Notes: generated by a model from the letters alone, not told the origin. Positions 9,944-19,249 are shown, numbered from the stretch's first letter. The stretch is DNA of 64,000 nt from an uncultured Verrucomicrobiae bacterium (GCA_963834385.1 CAWIBO010000002.1:832001-896000); one strand, 5' to 3'. Program-made: numbers and translations.

Positions 9944-10582
9944 ATGCCGAAGCGGCCTCTTTCACCCTCACGCATCGCGCCCGGTTTTACCCCGGCCGAA
10001 CTGCGTTCGCTGCGCGCCTTGAAAACACCGCGCGGGGTGCAGCAGTTTCTCGATCGCATGCCGTATCATCTCGCCGGCACCGCCTGGTCGCCCCGGCGGG
10101 TGCTCCGCGAGCGAACCGCCCATTGCCTCGAGGGGGCCCTCTTCGCCGCCGCCGCCCTGCGCGTCCTCGGTTATCCGCCCCTCATCCTCGATCTCGAGGC
10201 GGACCAGGACACCGACCATGTCCTTGCGGTCTACCGCGTCGGCGGGCACTGGGGTTCGGTGGCCAAGTCGAATTTCACCGGCTGCCGGGATCGGCTCCCG
10301 GTCTATCGCACCCTGCGGGAACTCGCCCTCAGTTATTTCCACACCTATTTCAACCTGCGCGGCCAGCGCACCCTCCGGCGTTTTTCCCGCCCGGTGAACC
10401 TGGCCCGCTTTGATCGGCGGCAATGGATGACCACGGACGAAGACCTCTGGTTCATCGCCGAGCATCTGGTCGATCTGCCGCATCGCGCACTTTTCTCTCC
10501 CTCCGTGGCCCGCCGGCTCACTGTGGTCGATCCGCGCACTTTCGAGGGGGAAATGGTGGGCCATCGCCGGAAATCGGAATGA
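9944..10582 (+). CDS. Transglutaminase-like (vasohibin-like) cysteine peptidase, hypothetical
   Basis: AHCLEGA, DHVLAVY, WGSVAKSN, YRTLRELA; ATGA-coupled to the next gene. Confidence 0.75.
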   Translation: MPKRPLSPSRIAPGFTPAELRSLRALKTPRGVQQFLDRMPYHLAGTAWSPRRVLRERTAHCLEGALFAAAALRVLGYPPLILDLEADQDTDHVLAVYRVGGHWGSVAKSNFTGCRDRLPVYRTLRELALSYFHTYFNLRGQRTLRRFSRPVNLARFDRRQWMTTDEDLWFIAEHLVDLPHRALFSPSVARRLTVVDPRTFEGEMVGHRRKSE

Positions 10583-11250
10583 AGCTCGATTTTTCCCGCT
10601 GGCGCGGGCCGCTCCTTTTTGCCCTCCTGCTCCTCGGGCTCTTCCTGGCCGCGCGCCAGTTCCCCCTCCTCGGGTGGATTGAATCGTTTCGGGTCTGGGC
10701 GGCCGGCTTCGGTTTCCTCGGCGTCCTCATCTACGGCCTGGTTTATGGCCTGGCCGCCCTGCTCCTCATGCCCTGCCTGCCGTTCTCGGTCTTTGCCGGC
10801 TTCACCTTCGGCTGGCTCGGCGGCCTTCTTGCCGTCAACCTCGGCATCGCCCTCGGCGCCGCCGGCGGTTTCCTGATCATCCGCGCCACCGCCCGCGGAA
10901 AACTGGCCCGGCGGATCGAGAAGAATCCCCGTTTCCGCGCCATCGACGACGCCATCGCGCGGGAAGGCTGGAAAATCGTGGGGCTTCTTCGCATGTGCCC
11001 GGTGCCGTTTGGCCTGACCAACTATCTTTATGGGCTGACCGCGATCGAGTTCTGGCGCTATCTCGCCGCGACCATGGTCGGGATGCTGCCCGGAAACGCC
11101 CTCTTCGTTTACCTTGGGGTCATTGGAAAAAAGACGCTCGACGGCCCCCGGCATCCGCTTGAATACGGCGCCGCCCTGCTCGCCCTCGCCGCCATGATTG
11201 CCGTGGTGATCATCCTCCGGCGGATTGCCCGCCGGACGGCCCGGCTCTGA
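10579..11250 (+). CDS. TVP38/TMEM64 (DedA/VTT) family membrane protein
   Basis: AGFTFGWLGG, LLRMCPVPFGLTNY, ATMVGMLPG. Confidence 0.88.
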   Translation: MKLDFSRWRGPLLFALLLLGLFLAARQFPLLGWIESFRVWAAGFGFLGVLIYGLVYGLAALLLMPCLPFSVFAGFTFGWLGGLLAVNLGIALGAAGGFLIIRATARGKLARRIEKNPRFRAIDDAIAREGWKIVGLLRMCPVPFGLTNYLYGLTAIEFWRYLAATMVGMLPGNALFVYLGVIGKKTLDGPRHPLEYGAALLALAAMIAVVIILRRIARRTARL

Positions 11251-11318
11251 ACGAACGGAATACGCGCGAGGGCGTCGTCCTCCCCGCGCTTTCGTGCGAA
11301 GGTTCGCTCGTCGCCCCC

Positions 11319-12371
11319 ATGCCGGTCCCGCCTCGCGCCATCATTCACCTCGACATGGATTGCTTCTACGCGGCCATCGAGGTGCGTGATCAACCCCGGC
11401 TCAAGGGCAAACCGGTCGGCGTCGGCGGCGCGCGTGACCGGCGGGGCGTCCTGACCACCTGCAATTATGAGGCCCGCGCTTTTGGGGTCCGCTCGGCCAT
11501 GCCGACCTTCATGGCCCTGCAGCGTTGTCCCCAGCTGATCATCGTGCCTACCCGCTTCGATGTTTATCGCCGGGAATCGGCCGTGATTCGCGCCGTTCTC
11601 CACCGTTTCACTCCCCTGGTGGAGCCGCTCTCCCTCGATGAAGCCTACCTCGATGTCACCGCTCATCCGGGCGCGCCCGGCCCGCTCGCCGAGGTCATTC
11701 GCCGCCTCATCTTCCAGAAAACGCGCCTGACCGCCTCCGCCGGGATCGGGCCCAACAAACTCGTGGCCAAGATCGCGAGCGATCTCAACAAGCCGAACGG
11801 CCAGTGCGAGGTCGCCCCGGAAGCTGTGCCGGAATTCATGGCGCCTCTCCCGATCCGGAAACTGCCGGGCATCGGCGAAGTGACCGGGCGAAAACTCGAG
11901 CGCCTGAAAATTGTCACCTGCGCCGACCTGCAGCGGCTCGGGCGCCCGGAACTGATCGAGCGCTTTGGCCGGTTCGGTTACGAACTGTTCGATCTCAGCC
12001 GCGGTCTGGACGACCGGCCGGTCGAGCCCGACCGCGAGCGCAAATCGCTCAGCAACGAGGAAACCTTTTCGCGCGATCTCGCCACGCTGCGTGAGGCGGA
12101 GGAAAAGCTGCCTGAACTTTTCGAGGAACTGATGGCGGAACTGGCCGTGAAAGAACCGGGCCGTGTCATCGCCGGGATCGTCCTCAAACTCAAGTTCAAC
12201 GATTTCACCCGGACCACGGTCGATCGCGCCGGCCTGGAACCGACCCTGGAGAATTATCGGCTCCTGCTGGGGGAAGGCTTCGCGCGCACCGGCAAACCCG
12301 TCCGGCTCATCGGCGTGGGAGTCCGCTTCGCCCCCGCCGCCCTCGCCCAGGAACAACTGCCGCTCCTCTAA
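11319..12371 (+). CDS. dinB: DNA polymerase IV
   Basis: IIHLDMDCFYAAIE, CNYEARAFGVRSAM, SLDEAYLD, AKIASDLNKPNG. Confidence 0.96.
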   Translation: MPVPPRAIIHLDMDCFYAAIEVRDQPRLKGKPVGVGGARDRRGVLTTCNYEARAFGVRSAMPTFMALQRCPQLIIVPTRFDVYRRESAVIRAVLHRFTPLVEPLSLDEAYLDVTAHPGAPGPLAEVIRRLIFQKTRLTASAGIGPNKLVAKIASDLNKPNGQCEVAPEAVPEFMAPLPIRKLPGIGEVTGRKLERLKIVTCADLQRLGRPELIERFGRFGYELFDLSRGLDDRPVEPDRERKSLSNEETFSRDLATLREAEEKLPELFEELMAELAVKEPGRVIAGIVLKLKFNDFTRTTVDRAGLEPTLENYRLLLGEGFARTGKPVRLIGVGVRFAPAALAQEQLPLL

Positions 12372-12376
12372 CACTC

Positions 12377-12430
<54 letters not shown>

Positions 12431-12454
12431 TTCCAATCTCATCGTCGCTGCTGC

Positions 12455-12598
12455 TCACACGCGCTTCGCCCTATCGAATGCTTTAAGCATTCGATCCTCA
12501 ACCGGGCCATCTCGAATTTCCTGCTCCACCCAGAGTCTGATTAGCACATTCCCGTGGCAACAATCCCCTTGCCCCGGCTCCACTCCTCGAGGTCGCAT
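12455..12598 (-). other. 47-aa small ORF, possibly a remnant of a DUF4326-like gene
   Basis: MRPRGVEPGQGDCCHGNVLIRLWVEQE...; CHGxVL resembles the C-terminal motif of DUF4326. Confidence 0.25.
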
Positions 12599-12631
12599 GA
12601 CGGGGGGGCTCCACAGGCGCCGCCCGCAATC

Positions 12632-13225
12632 TCACCGCACCTGCCAGTACTTGTGGTCCTGCCGCGAAAGGGCCCAGTCAGGATGGGTCTTCATGAACTC
12701 GAGGCATTGCGCAAGGGAATCGGGGTCCTCGTTCCCGTCGCGCCAAAGCGGCTGCACGTAGCGATACATGAAGGAGGTGGTCCGGAGCGGCTCCTCCCAG
12801 TCCTGCAGACTCAGCCCGTTCAGGCCGGGCACGAGCTTGATCTCGTTCCCGTAGCGCTGCAGGAAATCGGTCCGGTGAGGCGAGACCGAAATCCAGTCCA
12901 CCGGCGGAATCACTCTCTTTTGTCCGCTCGTCGCGATCGCAAGGGAGAAACGTTTGGCCCGGAGCGCCCGCAGCAGCGGCAGCAGGTCGTGATCGGTCGG
13001 TTCGCCTCCCGTGATCCAGGCCCACGGATCGATCATGGCCGGGGTCAGGGCCGCGGCGCGCTCGGCGATCTCTTCCGCGGTCAGCGTTTCCTTGCGCGAA
13101 TAATCGGTATCGCACTCGGGGCACCCGACCGAGCAGCCCGCCAGCCGAATAAAAGTCTGCTGGAACCCGCGCAGGTGGCCCTCGCCCTGGATGGTGAAAA
13201 ACAGTTCGGCCACGGGATACTTCAC
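12632..13225 (-). CDS. queE: 7-carboxy-7-deazaguanine synthase QueE-like radical SAM enzyme
   Basis: ELFFTIQGEG, FIRLAGCSVGCPECDTDY (CxxxCxxC), ITGGEP, WISVSP, LSRQDHKY; GTG start. Confidence 0.85.
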   Translation of the reverse strand: MKYPVAELFFTIQGEGHLRGFQQTFIRLAGCSVGCPECDTDYSRKETLTAEEIAERAAALTPAMIDPWAWITGGEPTDHDLLPLLRALRAKRFSLAIATSGQKRVIPPVDWISVSPHRTDFLQRYGNEIKLVPGLNGLSLQDWEEPLRTTSFMYRYVQPLWRDGNEDPDSLAQCLEFMKTHPDWALSRQDHKYWQVR

Positions 13226-13390
13226 GCCGTTCCCTAACGCAGGAGAGGCGGCGCGTCGAAGAGTTTGCGCGCCCCCTTCCCGGGCGCTTCTCCCCGGCCA
13301 GCCGCCCATGGCTAAGTGTTCCCCCGGATGAGCAGTTGCAGAGGACCCCGGGTTGAGGCTACCATGTCCTGCCTCGAAGGCCTCGATCCT

Positions 13391-13855
13391 ATGCAAATGT
13401 TCAATCCCAATCGCCGTAACGAACCTGCCACTCCGCCGCCCGCACCTCGTCCGGCCGGGACTCCCGCTGCCGCTGCCGGGGCGGGACCAGCCGCCCAGCC
13501 AACCGCCGGGCGCGCCTCTCTCTCGCGCGGGGTTTCCATCAATGGCTCGCTCAAGTTTCGCGATGAACTGGAGATCGATTGCGAGGTGGAAGGCACGATC
13601 GATTCCGCCGGCCGCCTGACCGTGGGCAAAAACGCGCACGTTAAAGGTGATATCAAGACCAAGTCTGTCGTGGTTCAGGGCATGGTCGAGGGCAATATTA
13701 CCGTGACGGAACGCTGCGAGCTTCGTGCCGGGTGCACCCTGCACGGCGATATCGAGGCGCCCCGCCTGGTGGTGGACGATGACGCCACCTTTATGGGGAG
13801 CGCCAAGATCACCAGCAAAGGGCGCCCCTCAACGGCTCCTTCGCAAGGCTCGTAA
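13391..13855 (+). CDS. Bactofilin (polymer-forming cytoskeletal protein)
   Basis: Pro/Ala-rich N-terminus, then GVSINGSLKF..IDCEVEGTI..LTVGKNAHVKGDI..VVQGMVEGNI..GDIEAPRLVVDDDATFMG. Confidence 0.9.
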   Translation: MQMFNPNRRNEPATPPPAPRPAGTPAAAAGAGPAAQPTAGRASLSRGVSINGSLKFRDELEIDCEVEGTIDSAGRLTVGKNAHVKGDIKTKSVVVQGMVEGNITVTERCELRAGCTLHGDIEAPRLVVDDDATFMGSAKITSKGRPSTAPSQGS

Positions 13856-14010
13856 CAGCGCGGCTGTTTCAGAAGCGCAGACCGGTCGCCGGCCCGCACA
13901 GACGTGGCGGGGCTCCGCGTGCCTTTCGCTTCTCGCCCTCCTCCTTGGAGGCGGGAGAGTGACGGCCATCTCCCTCGGCCGGAACGGATTTCAACCCTGG
14001 CAGCGGGGAT

Positions 14011-14027
14011 CAGGCACGCCCCTTGCT
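14011..14027 (+). promoter_or_regulatory. Putative sigma54 (-24/-12) promoter
   Basis: CAGGCACGCCCCTTGCT matches the consensus TGGCAC-N5-TTGCW (GG-N10-GC). Confidence 0.5.
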
Positions 14028-14038
14028 CTATGATATTT

Positions 14039-14263
14039 ATGGCATTTGTAATCGGATTCCTGCTGGCCACCGTGGTCAGTGGCATTCTTATGATCGCTGC
14101 CGCCTGGCGTTTCGGTGAATACCGTGCCGCCTCCGGCCCGAGCCTCCAGGGACGCGACACCAGTTATCGCGCCCTCGGCACTTCCGCCGCCTTCTCCCCG
14201 GAGAACGTCGTTTGTGCCCGCCCGGTCCATCGGCAGTTTGGTCCCCCGCCGCTGGTCCTTTAA
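14039..14263 (+). CDS. Small hypothetical protein with one TM segment
   Basis: MAFVIGFLLATVVSGILMIAAAWRFG; start could be 14030. Confidence 0.4.
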   Translation: MAFVIGFLLATVVSGILMIAAAWRFGEYRAASGPSLQGRDTSYRALGTSAAFSPENVVCARPVHRQFGPPPLVL

Positions 14264-14379
14264 GGCCGCGGCGCCGCGCTTTTGCAGGGACGGTTTTCGA
14301 ACCGTCTCTGCCTTCGGCGCTTTCCGTTCGCGACCCCGTCACGAGCTTGCCGGCGGGCTTCCCTGCGCCACACTCCTGC

Positions 14380-14826
14380 ATGACCGCGGCGGACAAGCTC
14401 GAAGTTGAACGTTTCCTGCACGAGCAAATCCCGCTTACGCAAACCATGGGTCTCCGCGTGGTGGACGATCCCCGCGGGTTCGCCCTCACGGCTCCCGTCG
14501 CCCTGAATTCAAACCATCTCCGGACGGCTTTTGGCGGCAGCATCAACGCCCTGGCCCTCCTGGCCGGCTATGGGGCGCTCTGGTCGCTGCTGCGCGATCG
14601 GTCGGACGCCCATGTGGTTGTCCAAGCCAGCTCAATCAAATACCTGCGACCGGTGCGCCAAGAAATCCGCGCAGTCTGTCTCGACCTGACCTCCGCCCGA
14701 AGCGAGGAATTTGAGCGTGACCTCCGGCGCGGCCGAAAAGCCCGTCTTTCCCTCAGGGTCGTGGTGGAGGAGGAAGGCGAGACGGCGGCGGAATTCGACG
14801 GCCGTTTTGTCGCCCTGAAGGATTGA
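14380..14826 (+). CDS. YiiD C-terminal-like hotdog thioesterase
   Basis: LHEQIPLTQTMG, APVALNSNHLRTAFGGS, IKYLRPV. Confidence 0.85.
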   Translation: MTAADKLEVERFLHEQIPLTQTMGLRVVDDPRGFALTAPVALNSNHLRTAFGGSINALALLAGYGALWSLLRDRSDAHVVVQASSIKYLRPVRQEIRAVCLDLTSARSEEFERDLRRGRKARLSLRVVVEEEGETAAEFDGRFVALKD

Positions 14827-14876
14827 AACAAGTCCGCCCGGGGGCCCGGCGCCGAATAGGGGTCGGAGGCACTGCC

Positions 14877-15077
14877 ATGAGATTCATGATTTATATGCTC
14901 GGTTACCTGATCCTGATTGCGGGGCTTGCCTGGGCGGCCATGACCGCCGGGGTTCCGCCGATCTGGGTCCTGATTGGCGCGGTCATCCTGCTTGGCCTTG
15001 GCATCGTGACGGGCGTGACCCGAACAAGCCGGGGTGGCGGGGACGGCGGCCAAAACGTGACCGTGGTCAAAGACTAG
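14877..15077 (+). CDS. Small two-TM membrane protein
   Basis: MRFMIYMLGYLILIAGLAWAA..GVPPIWVLIGAVILLGLGIVTGV; GGAGG upstream. Confidence 0.7.
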   Translation: MRFMIYMLGYLILIAGLAWAAMTAGVPPIWVLIGAVILLGLGIVTGVTRTSRGGGDGGQNVTVVKD

Positions 15078-15086
15078 TCGCGCCGA

Positions 15087-15707
15087 TCACGGCGGGCCGC
15101 TGGCGGCGCGGGCTTCAATTTCACGGAGGTCGGGCTGGGTCCGCGTGATCCATTGCTGGACCTCATCCACGTCTTCCGTCGTCACCGTGGTGGGACGCTG
15201 CGCCGGCAGCACGGCGGGCGGCCGTTCCCCGGCCGGCACCGGCGCCGCCCGCGGATGATCCCAATGGCGACCGTAACGGACGAGCGCGTAATACATGGTC
15301 TTGGCCGTGATGGCGTTCACCCCGCTGCAGCGCATCGCGTTGTAAAACATGCGGTCCACTTTCCGCCACGGCTTGGTCTGCTCGGTGTAAGCCACATCGT
15401 GCAGGACGGAGGCGTTCCGGTATTTCCCTTCAAACGGTCCCCCGATGAACGACCAGAGCGCACGGGGGATGGAAGCGCCATTGACGCGCGAACCGGCCGG
15501 CGCCACCCAGACTTCGCCATCAGGATCGGTGTAGCGCAGTTCGTTCAACAGGACCATGTGCACGCCATCCTCTTCCCACTGTGTCCGGATCGGGCCGCTG
15601 AAATGACCCCAGCTGTTGCCGCGCGCGGCCGGCGCCTCTGCCTTCTTCTCCTCCGCCCCGCAGGTGGCAAACGAAACGGCAACAAGACCAAGAAGAATGA
15701 TTTTCAT
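15087..15707 (-). CDS. DUF1353-like exported protein / lipoprotein
   Basis: Signal peptide, YTDPDGEVW.APAG..NGASIP..LW..IGGPF, ASVLHDVAY. Confidence 0.75.
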   Translation of the reverse strand: MKIILLGLVAVSFATCGAEEKKAEAPAARGNSWGHFSGPIRTQWEEDGVHMVLLNELRYTDPDGEVWVAPAGSRVNGASIPRALWSFIGGPFEGKYRNASVLHDVAYTEQTKPWRKVDRMFYNAMRCSGVNAITAKTMYYALVRYGRHWDHPRAAPVPAGERPPAVLPAQRPTTVTTEDVDEVQQWITRTQPDLREIEARAASGPP

Positions 15708-16663
15708 TTCACGACGTCAGGCTTCGCCAACGGAGGAAGACCGGCTTCAATCTCCGCGCGCCTTCCTTCCAGGAACGGCGGCAGCGACAGGCGCTCTCCC
15801 AGTTTCTCCGCCGACTCGTCCACGGCAAAACCGGGACCGTCGGTGGCGATCTCGAATAAAATCCCATTGGGTTCGCGGAAGTAAAGGCTGCGAAAATAGA
15901 AGCGATCGATGGCCCCGCTGGTTCGCACCCCCTTCTCCGCGAGATGTTCCAGCCACCAGTCGTGCGCCTCTTTGTCCGGAACACGCAGGGCAACATGATG
16001 CACGCCGCCGGCGCCGGCCCGGGCGCGCCCGGCCTCCTTCTCTTCCAAAAGCTGAATTTCACCGGCGGCCCCTTCGGCTTCCATGCGCCAGACCGCGACC
16101 ACCGTGTTGTCCGGCCCGGTCTCCTCACGCGTCCGAACCATCTGCAACACTCCGCTGAGCAGGCGTTCCATTGCGGCCAGGTCAGGCACACTCAGAATGA
16201 CCGGGCCAAGGCCCCGCACCTGATGTTCCTCCGGCACCGGACTCCCCCGCCAGGGCACGGCGGTGCCCGCTTCATCGACGGTGAGCGAAAGACGCTGCCC
16301 TTCCGGATCCTCGAAATCGATGGCGGTGCGCCCCTCCCGCAGCGCCCTCTGCGAGAACGTCACCCCGTGCTCCGACAACCGCCCTTCCCACCAAACAAGA
16401 CTTTCCTTGCTCCCCACGCGAAACCCCGTCCGCACCACACTGCCGGTCCCGCGTTCCTCCCGCCGGGCGCGCCAGTGGAAAAAAGTGATGTCGGTCCCGG
16501 GCGTGCCGGCGGCGTCAGCGAAGAAAAGGTGATAGGCCGAGACGTCATCCTGGTTCACCGTTTTCTTGACCAGCCGCAGCCCCATGACCCCGGTGTAAAA
16601 GGCGATGCAGCCCGGCGCGTCGGCCGTGACCGCGGTCAGATGATGAAGCCCTTTTAACTGCAT
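15704..16663 (-). CDS. Ring-cleaving dioxygenase (VOC/glyoxalase, MhqO-like)
   Basis: GLHHLTA, KKTVNQDD..AYHLF, GGVHHVA, DRFYFRSLYFREPNGILFEIATDGPGF. Confidence 0.9.
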   Translation of the reverse strand: MQLKGLHHLTAVTADAPGCIAFYTGVMGLRLVKKTVNQDDVSAYHLFFADAAGTPGTDITFFHWRARREERGTGSVVRTGFRVGSKESLVWWEGRLSEHGVTFSQRALREGRTAIDFEDPEGQRLSLTVDEAGTAVPWRGSPVPEEHQVRGLGPVILSVPDLAAMERLLSGVLQMVRTREETGPDNTVVAVWRMEAEGAAGEIQLLEEKEAGRARAGAGGVHHVALRVPDKEAHDWWLEHLAEKGVRTSGAIDRFYFRSLYFREPNGILFEIATDGPGFAVDESAEKLGERLSLPPFLEGRRAEIEAGLPPLAKPDVVK

Positions 16664-16678
16664 GGCCGGGGGGCGAAG

Positions 16679-18676
16679 TCAGCGGCTGCCCACGGTCGCC
16701 GGTTCCGGCGCCGGCCGGTTCTCCACTCGGGCCGGGCGCGTAACCGGACTGCCCGCGCTCTGGCGCCGGAATTTTTTTACGTAGAACAACAGGAAGACGC
16801 CGACGCAAATGAGGAGCGACCCGATCCACTTCAGCGACCAGCCCGGGTCACGCAGAATCTGCACGGTGCTCTGGCCAAGGTTATCCGGGTTCCACGACGC
16901 CTGCGACATCTTGTAAGTGTGCCCGGTGAATGGCCGCCACCAATCGTCAGGGAAACTGAAGGGATTGTTCATCCAGCATTGTCCCACCGCGGTGCGACCA
17001 TCCAGGGCCGTGACCCGGACGGTGCTCTTAAACCCGGCCGGGCTGTCGCTCCCTTCGTTCCGCGTCACCTCGAAGCCGAGCAGCTCCAGGCCGATCGGGA
17101 GCTGCAGGCTGCGCCAGCCGTAGCTCACCTGAATGGGTTGCGGTTCGGTCGCGACCATGATCTGCCAGCCTGCCGGGACCCATTGTTCCAGCGTTTTTCC
17201 TTCCTGCTCCACCCGAATCTTGACGCCATCCGGCAGCCGTTCGGCCCGGGGCGGCTGGCCGGCCGGCAAAGGCCGGAATTCCATCCAGTGTTCCGCCCGC
17301 GGCATCATCTCATCGACGGTCAGCGTCCAGTCAGCCCAGCCGGTCGCGAGCGACTGGTTGCGCTCCAGGGCGCCGGTTTTCTTTCCTCCGGCCCGCGAGC
17401 TGAGCTCGTAGCTGAGGGTGCCATCGTCCGCCACAAACAGGACCAGGCTGTTCGCCCCGGTGCTTTCGCCTGCCGCAGCCGCGTGCGGATCGTCCGCCTT
17501 TTCGGACGGCACCGGCACGCCACGCCCGCGCAGCGAGACGAGCACCGCGGGGTTGTTCGGCTGCGCCGTCGCGCTCGACGGTTTTCCTTCCACGATGCGG
17601 AAGTCGGGCCAGTAATTTTCGATCCGGAGCACAAAGGGACTGCCCTCCAGCGGAAGATCCTTCGTGTGCAGGTGATCGCCGTGGCTTTCCCCGAGGTTGG
17701 CAGCCACGTCGAACGTCCAGCTCTTCCCGCTGAGCGCCACCGTCAGGCTCCCCTTGTTTCCGCCGGTCGGTTCGGTCAGCGTGACCTTCGCGCCTGTGCT
17801 CCCGCCGCGCGCGACCCGGCCGACCTGCTGGTCCGGCGCCTTTTGGAAGGCAAAAATCGATTCCTCGATCTCGGTCTCGCCGGTGGCGGGCGGGGCGGCC
17901 TTCGCCTCCTGCGGGCCATCTTCGCCGGCGGCCCGGCCGCGTTTCAGCTCGATCCGCGCCAGCCCCATGTCAAAGCGGGCGTTCTGGCCTTCATCCGCGA
18001 GAAGCCACGATTCCAGTTTCTGCCCCATCATGGCGGTGGCGACGCGGACGTGCACGGCCGGCACCCCGGTTCCCTCCCGCGCGGGACGCGGCTGCAGGCG
18101 CCCCTCGATTTCCTCCGCGTAATCGACCAGGCTGAGCCGCGCACCGGAAGCGAGTGTCCCGAGGTCGCGCGGATCCTCCGGGGTCGGTTTCCGTTTCAAA
18201 AACTCGGCCGGATATCCCTTGGTGATGTTGTCCGTGTCACGCACGCGCAGCTGATGCTGGTCGAGCAACAGGCGGTTGCTCGGCGGATCCCCTTTAAAAA
18301 GGGTGATGGTGCCTTCAATGCCCCAGACGCGACCGATCAACGACCCTGCCAGGAGCGTGATGATCCCGAGATGCGTGATCAGAAAGGCCACGTGGTGCCG
18401 CCGCCAGGGCCAGCGCGAAAGCGCGGAGACCGTCAGGTTGGTCGCGAGCAGGATCAGCCAGATGTTGAACCAGGGCGCGCCGTAGACGTAGGCCCGCGCC
18501 ACTTTGGCATCAAAGCTCGATTCGTAGAGGGTGCCGACGATGCTGGCGATGATGAGCACCGCCAGCAGGACCACGGCCAGCTTGACCGAGGCGAAAAATT
18601 GGAAAAACGAATTGCGCTGCCAGCCCGGCCGGCCCGCGGGGGAAGTATTGCCCATGATAAGGGCGCCAATTTCCAC
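16679..18676 (-). CDS. resB: Cytochrome c biogenesis protein ResB/CcsB-like
   Basis: FFASVKLAVVLL, three N-terminal TMs with THLG, large periplasmic domain, MNNP, RDPGW.LKWIGS C-terminal TM. Confidence 0.82.
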   Translation of the reverse strand: MEIGALIMGNTSPAGRPGWQRNSFFQFFASVKLAVVLLAVLIIASIVGTLYESSFDAKVARAYVYGAPWFNIWLILLATNLTVSALSRWPWRRHHVAFLITHLGIITLLAGSLIGRVWGIEGTITLFKGDPPSNRLLLDQHQLRVRDTDNITKGYPAEFLKRKPTPEDPRDLGTLASGARLSLVDYAEEIEGRLQPRPAREGTGVPAVHVRVATAMMGQKLESWLLADEGQNARFDMGLARIELKRGRAAGEDGPQEAKAAPPATGETEIEESIFAFQKAPDQQVGRVARGGSTGAKVTLTEPTGGNKGSLTVALSGKSWTFDVAANLGESHGDHLHTKDLPLEGSPFVLRIENYWPDFRIVEGKPSSATAQPNNPAVLVSLRGRGVPVPSEKADDPHAAAAGESTGANSLVLFVADDGTLSYELSSRAGGKKTGALERNQSLATGWADWTLTVDEMMPRAEHWMEFRPLPAGQPPRAERLPDGVKIRVEQEGKTLEQWVPAGWQIMVATEPQPIQVSYGWRSLQLPIGLELLGFEVTRNEGSDSPAGFKSTVRVTALDGRTAVGQCWMNNPFSFPDDWWRPFTGHTYKMSQASWNPDNLGQSTVQILRDPGWSLKWIGSLLICVGVFLLFYVKKFRRQSAGSPVTRPARVENRPAPEPATVGSR

Positions 18677-18754
18677 GCGGAGACCGGCCGGTTCAATGGC
18701 AGTCTGAGCGATTTCAGGCAGGCCGCCCGAAAAAGCGGCGGAAGAAGGGAGCGC

Positions 18755-19249
18755 CTAGTTGGTCCAGGCTTCCCACCGCTTCCGCATCGGCTTGGTGTAG
18801 CGGCGGACGTCGACGTCCTTGACCCGATCAACCCCGTCACGGAGCGCGTCCGCCCCGTCCTCGTAGCGCCGTTTCACCGATTTGAAGAACGGCCAGAGAA
18901 ATGGCAGCGAGACCCAGCTCCAGTCGGCGTCCGCCAACGGCAGGCGCGAGGCCAGACTCTTTTCTTCATGCTGGGAGGAATAGCGAATGGCCAGGCCGAT
19001 GGCGAGGCCCGCGGCCAGCGCACCGAGGATCATCGGGACCGGGTTTTCCCGCAGGAAAAATTCGGTTCGCTCACGTGCCACCGCCATTTTATCCCGGGTT
19101 TCGTCCCAGGCCGTCCGGCCGGTCCGGCCTTCGCCGGAGATGACATCGCCGGCATGTTCGCCCTGAAAATCAGATGGCATCCGCTCGCCGCCGGAGAGCC
19201 CGCTCCGCGGATCGTTTTTTATGAAGTTTTCGTCGTTCGGATTAATCAT
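18755..19249 (-). CDS. ElaB/YqjD (DUF883)-like protein
   Basis: FLRENPVPMILGALAAGLAIGLAIR. Confidence 0.6.
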   Translation of the reverse strand: MINPNDENFIKNDPRSGLSGGERMPSDFQGEHAGDVISGEGRTGRTAWDETRDKMAVARERTEFFLRENPVPMILGALAAGLAIGLAIRYSSQHEEKSLASRLPLADADWSWVSLPFLWPFFKSVKRRYEDGADALRDGVDRVKDVDVRRYTKPMRKRWEAWTN

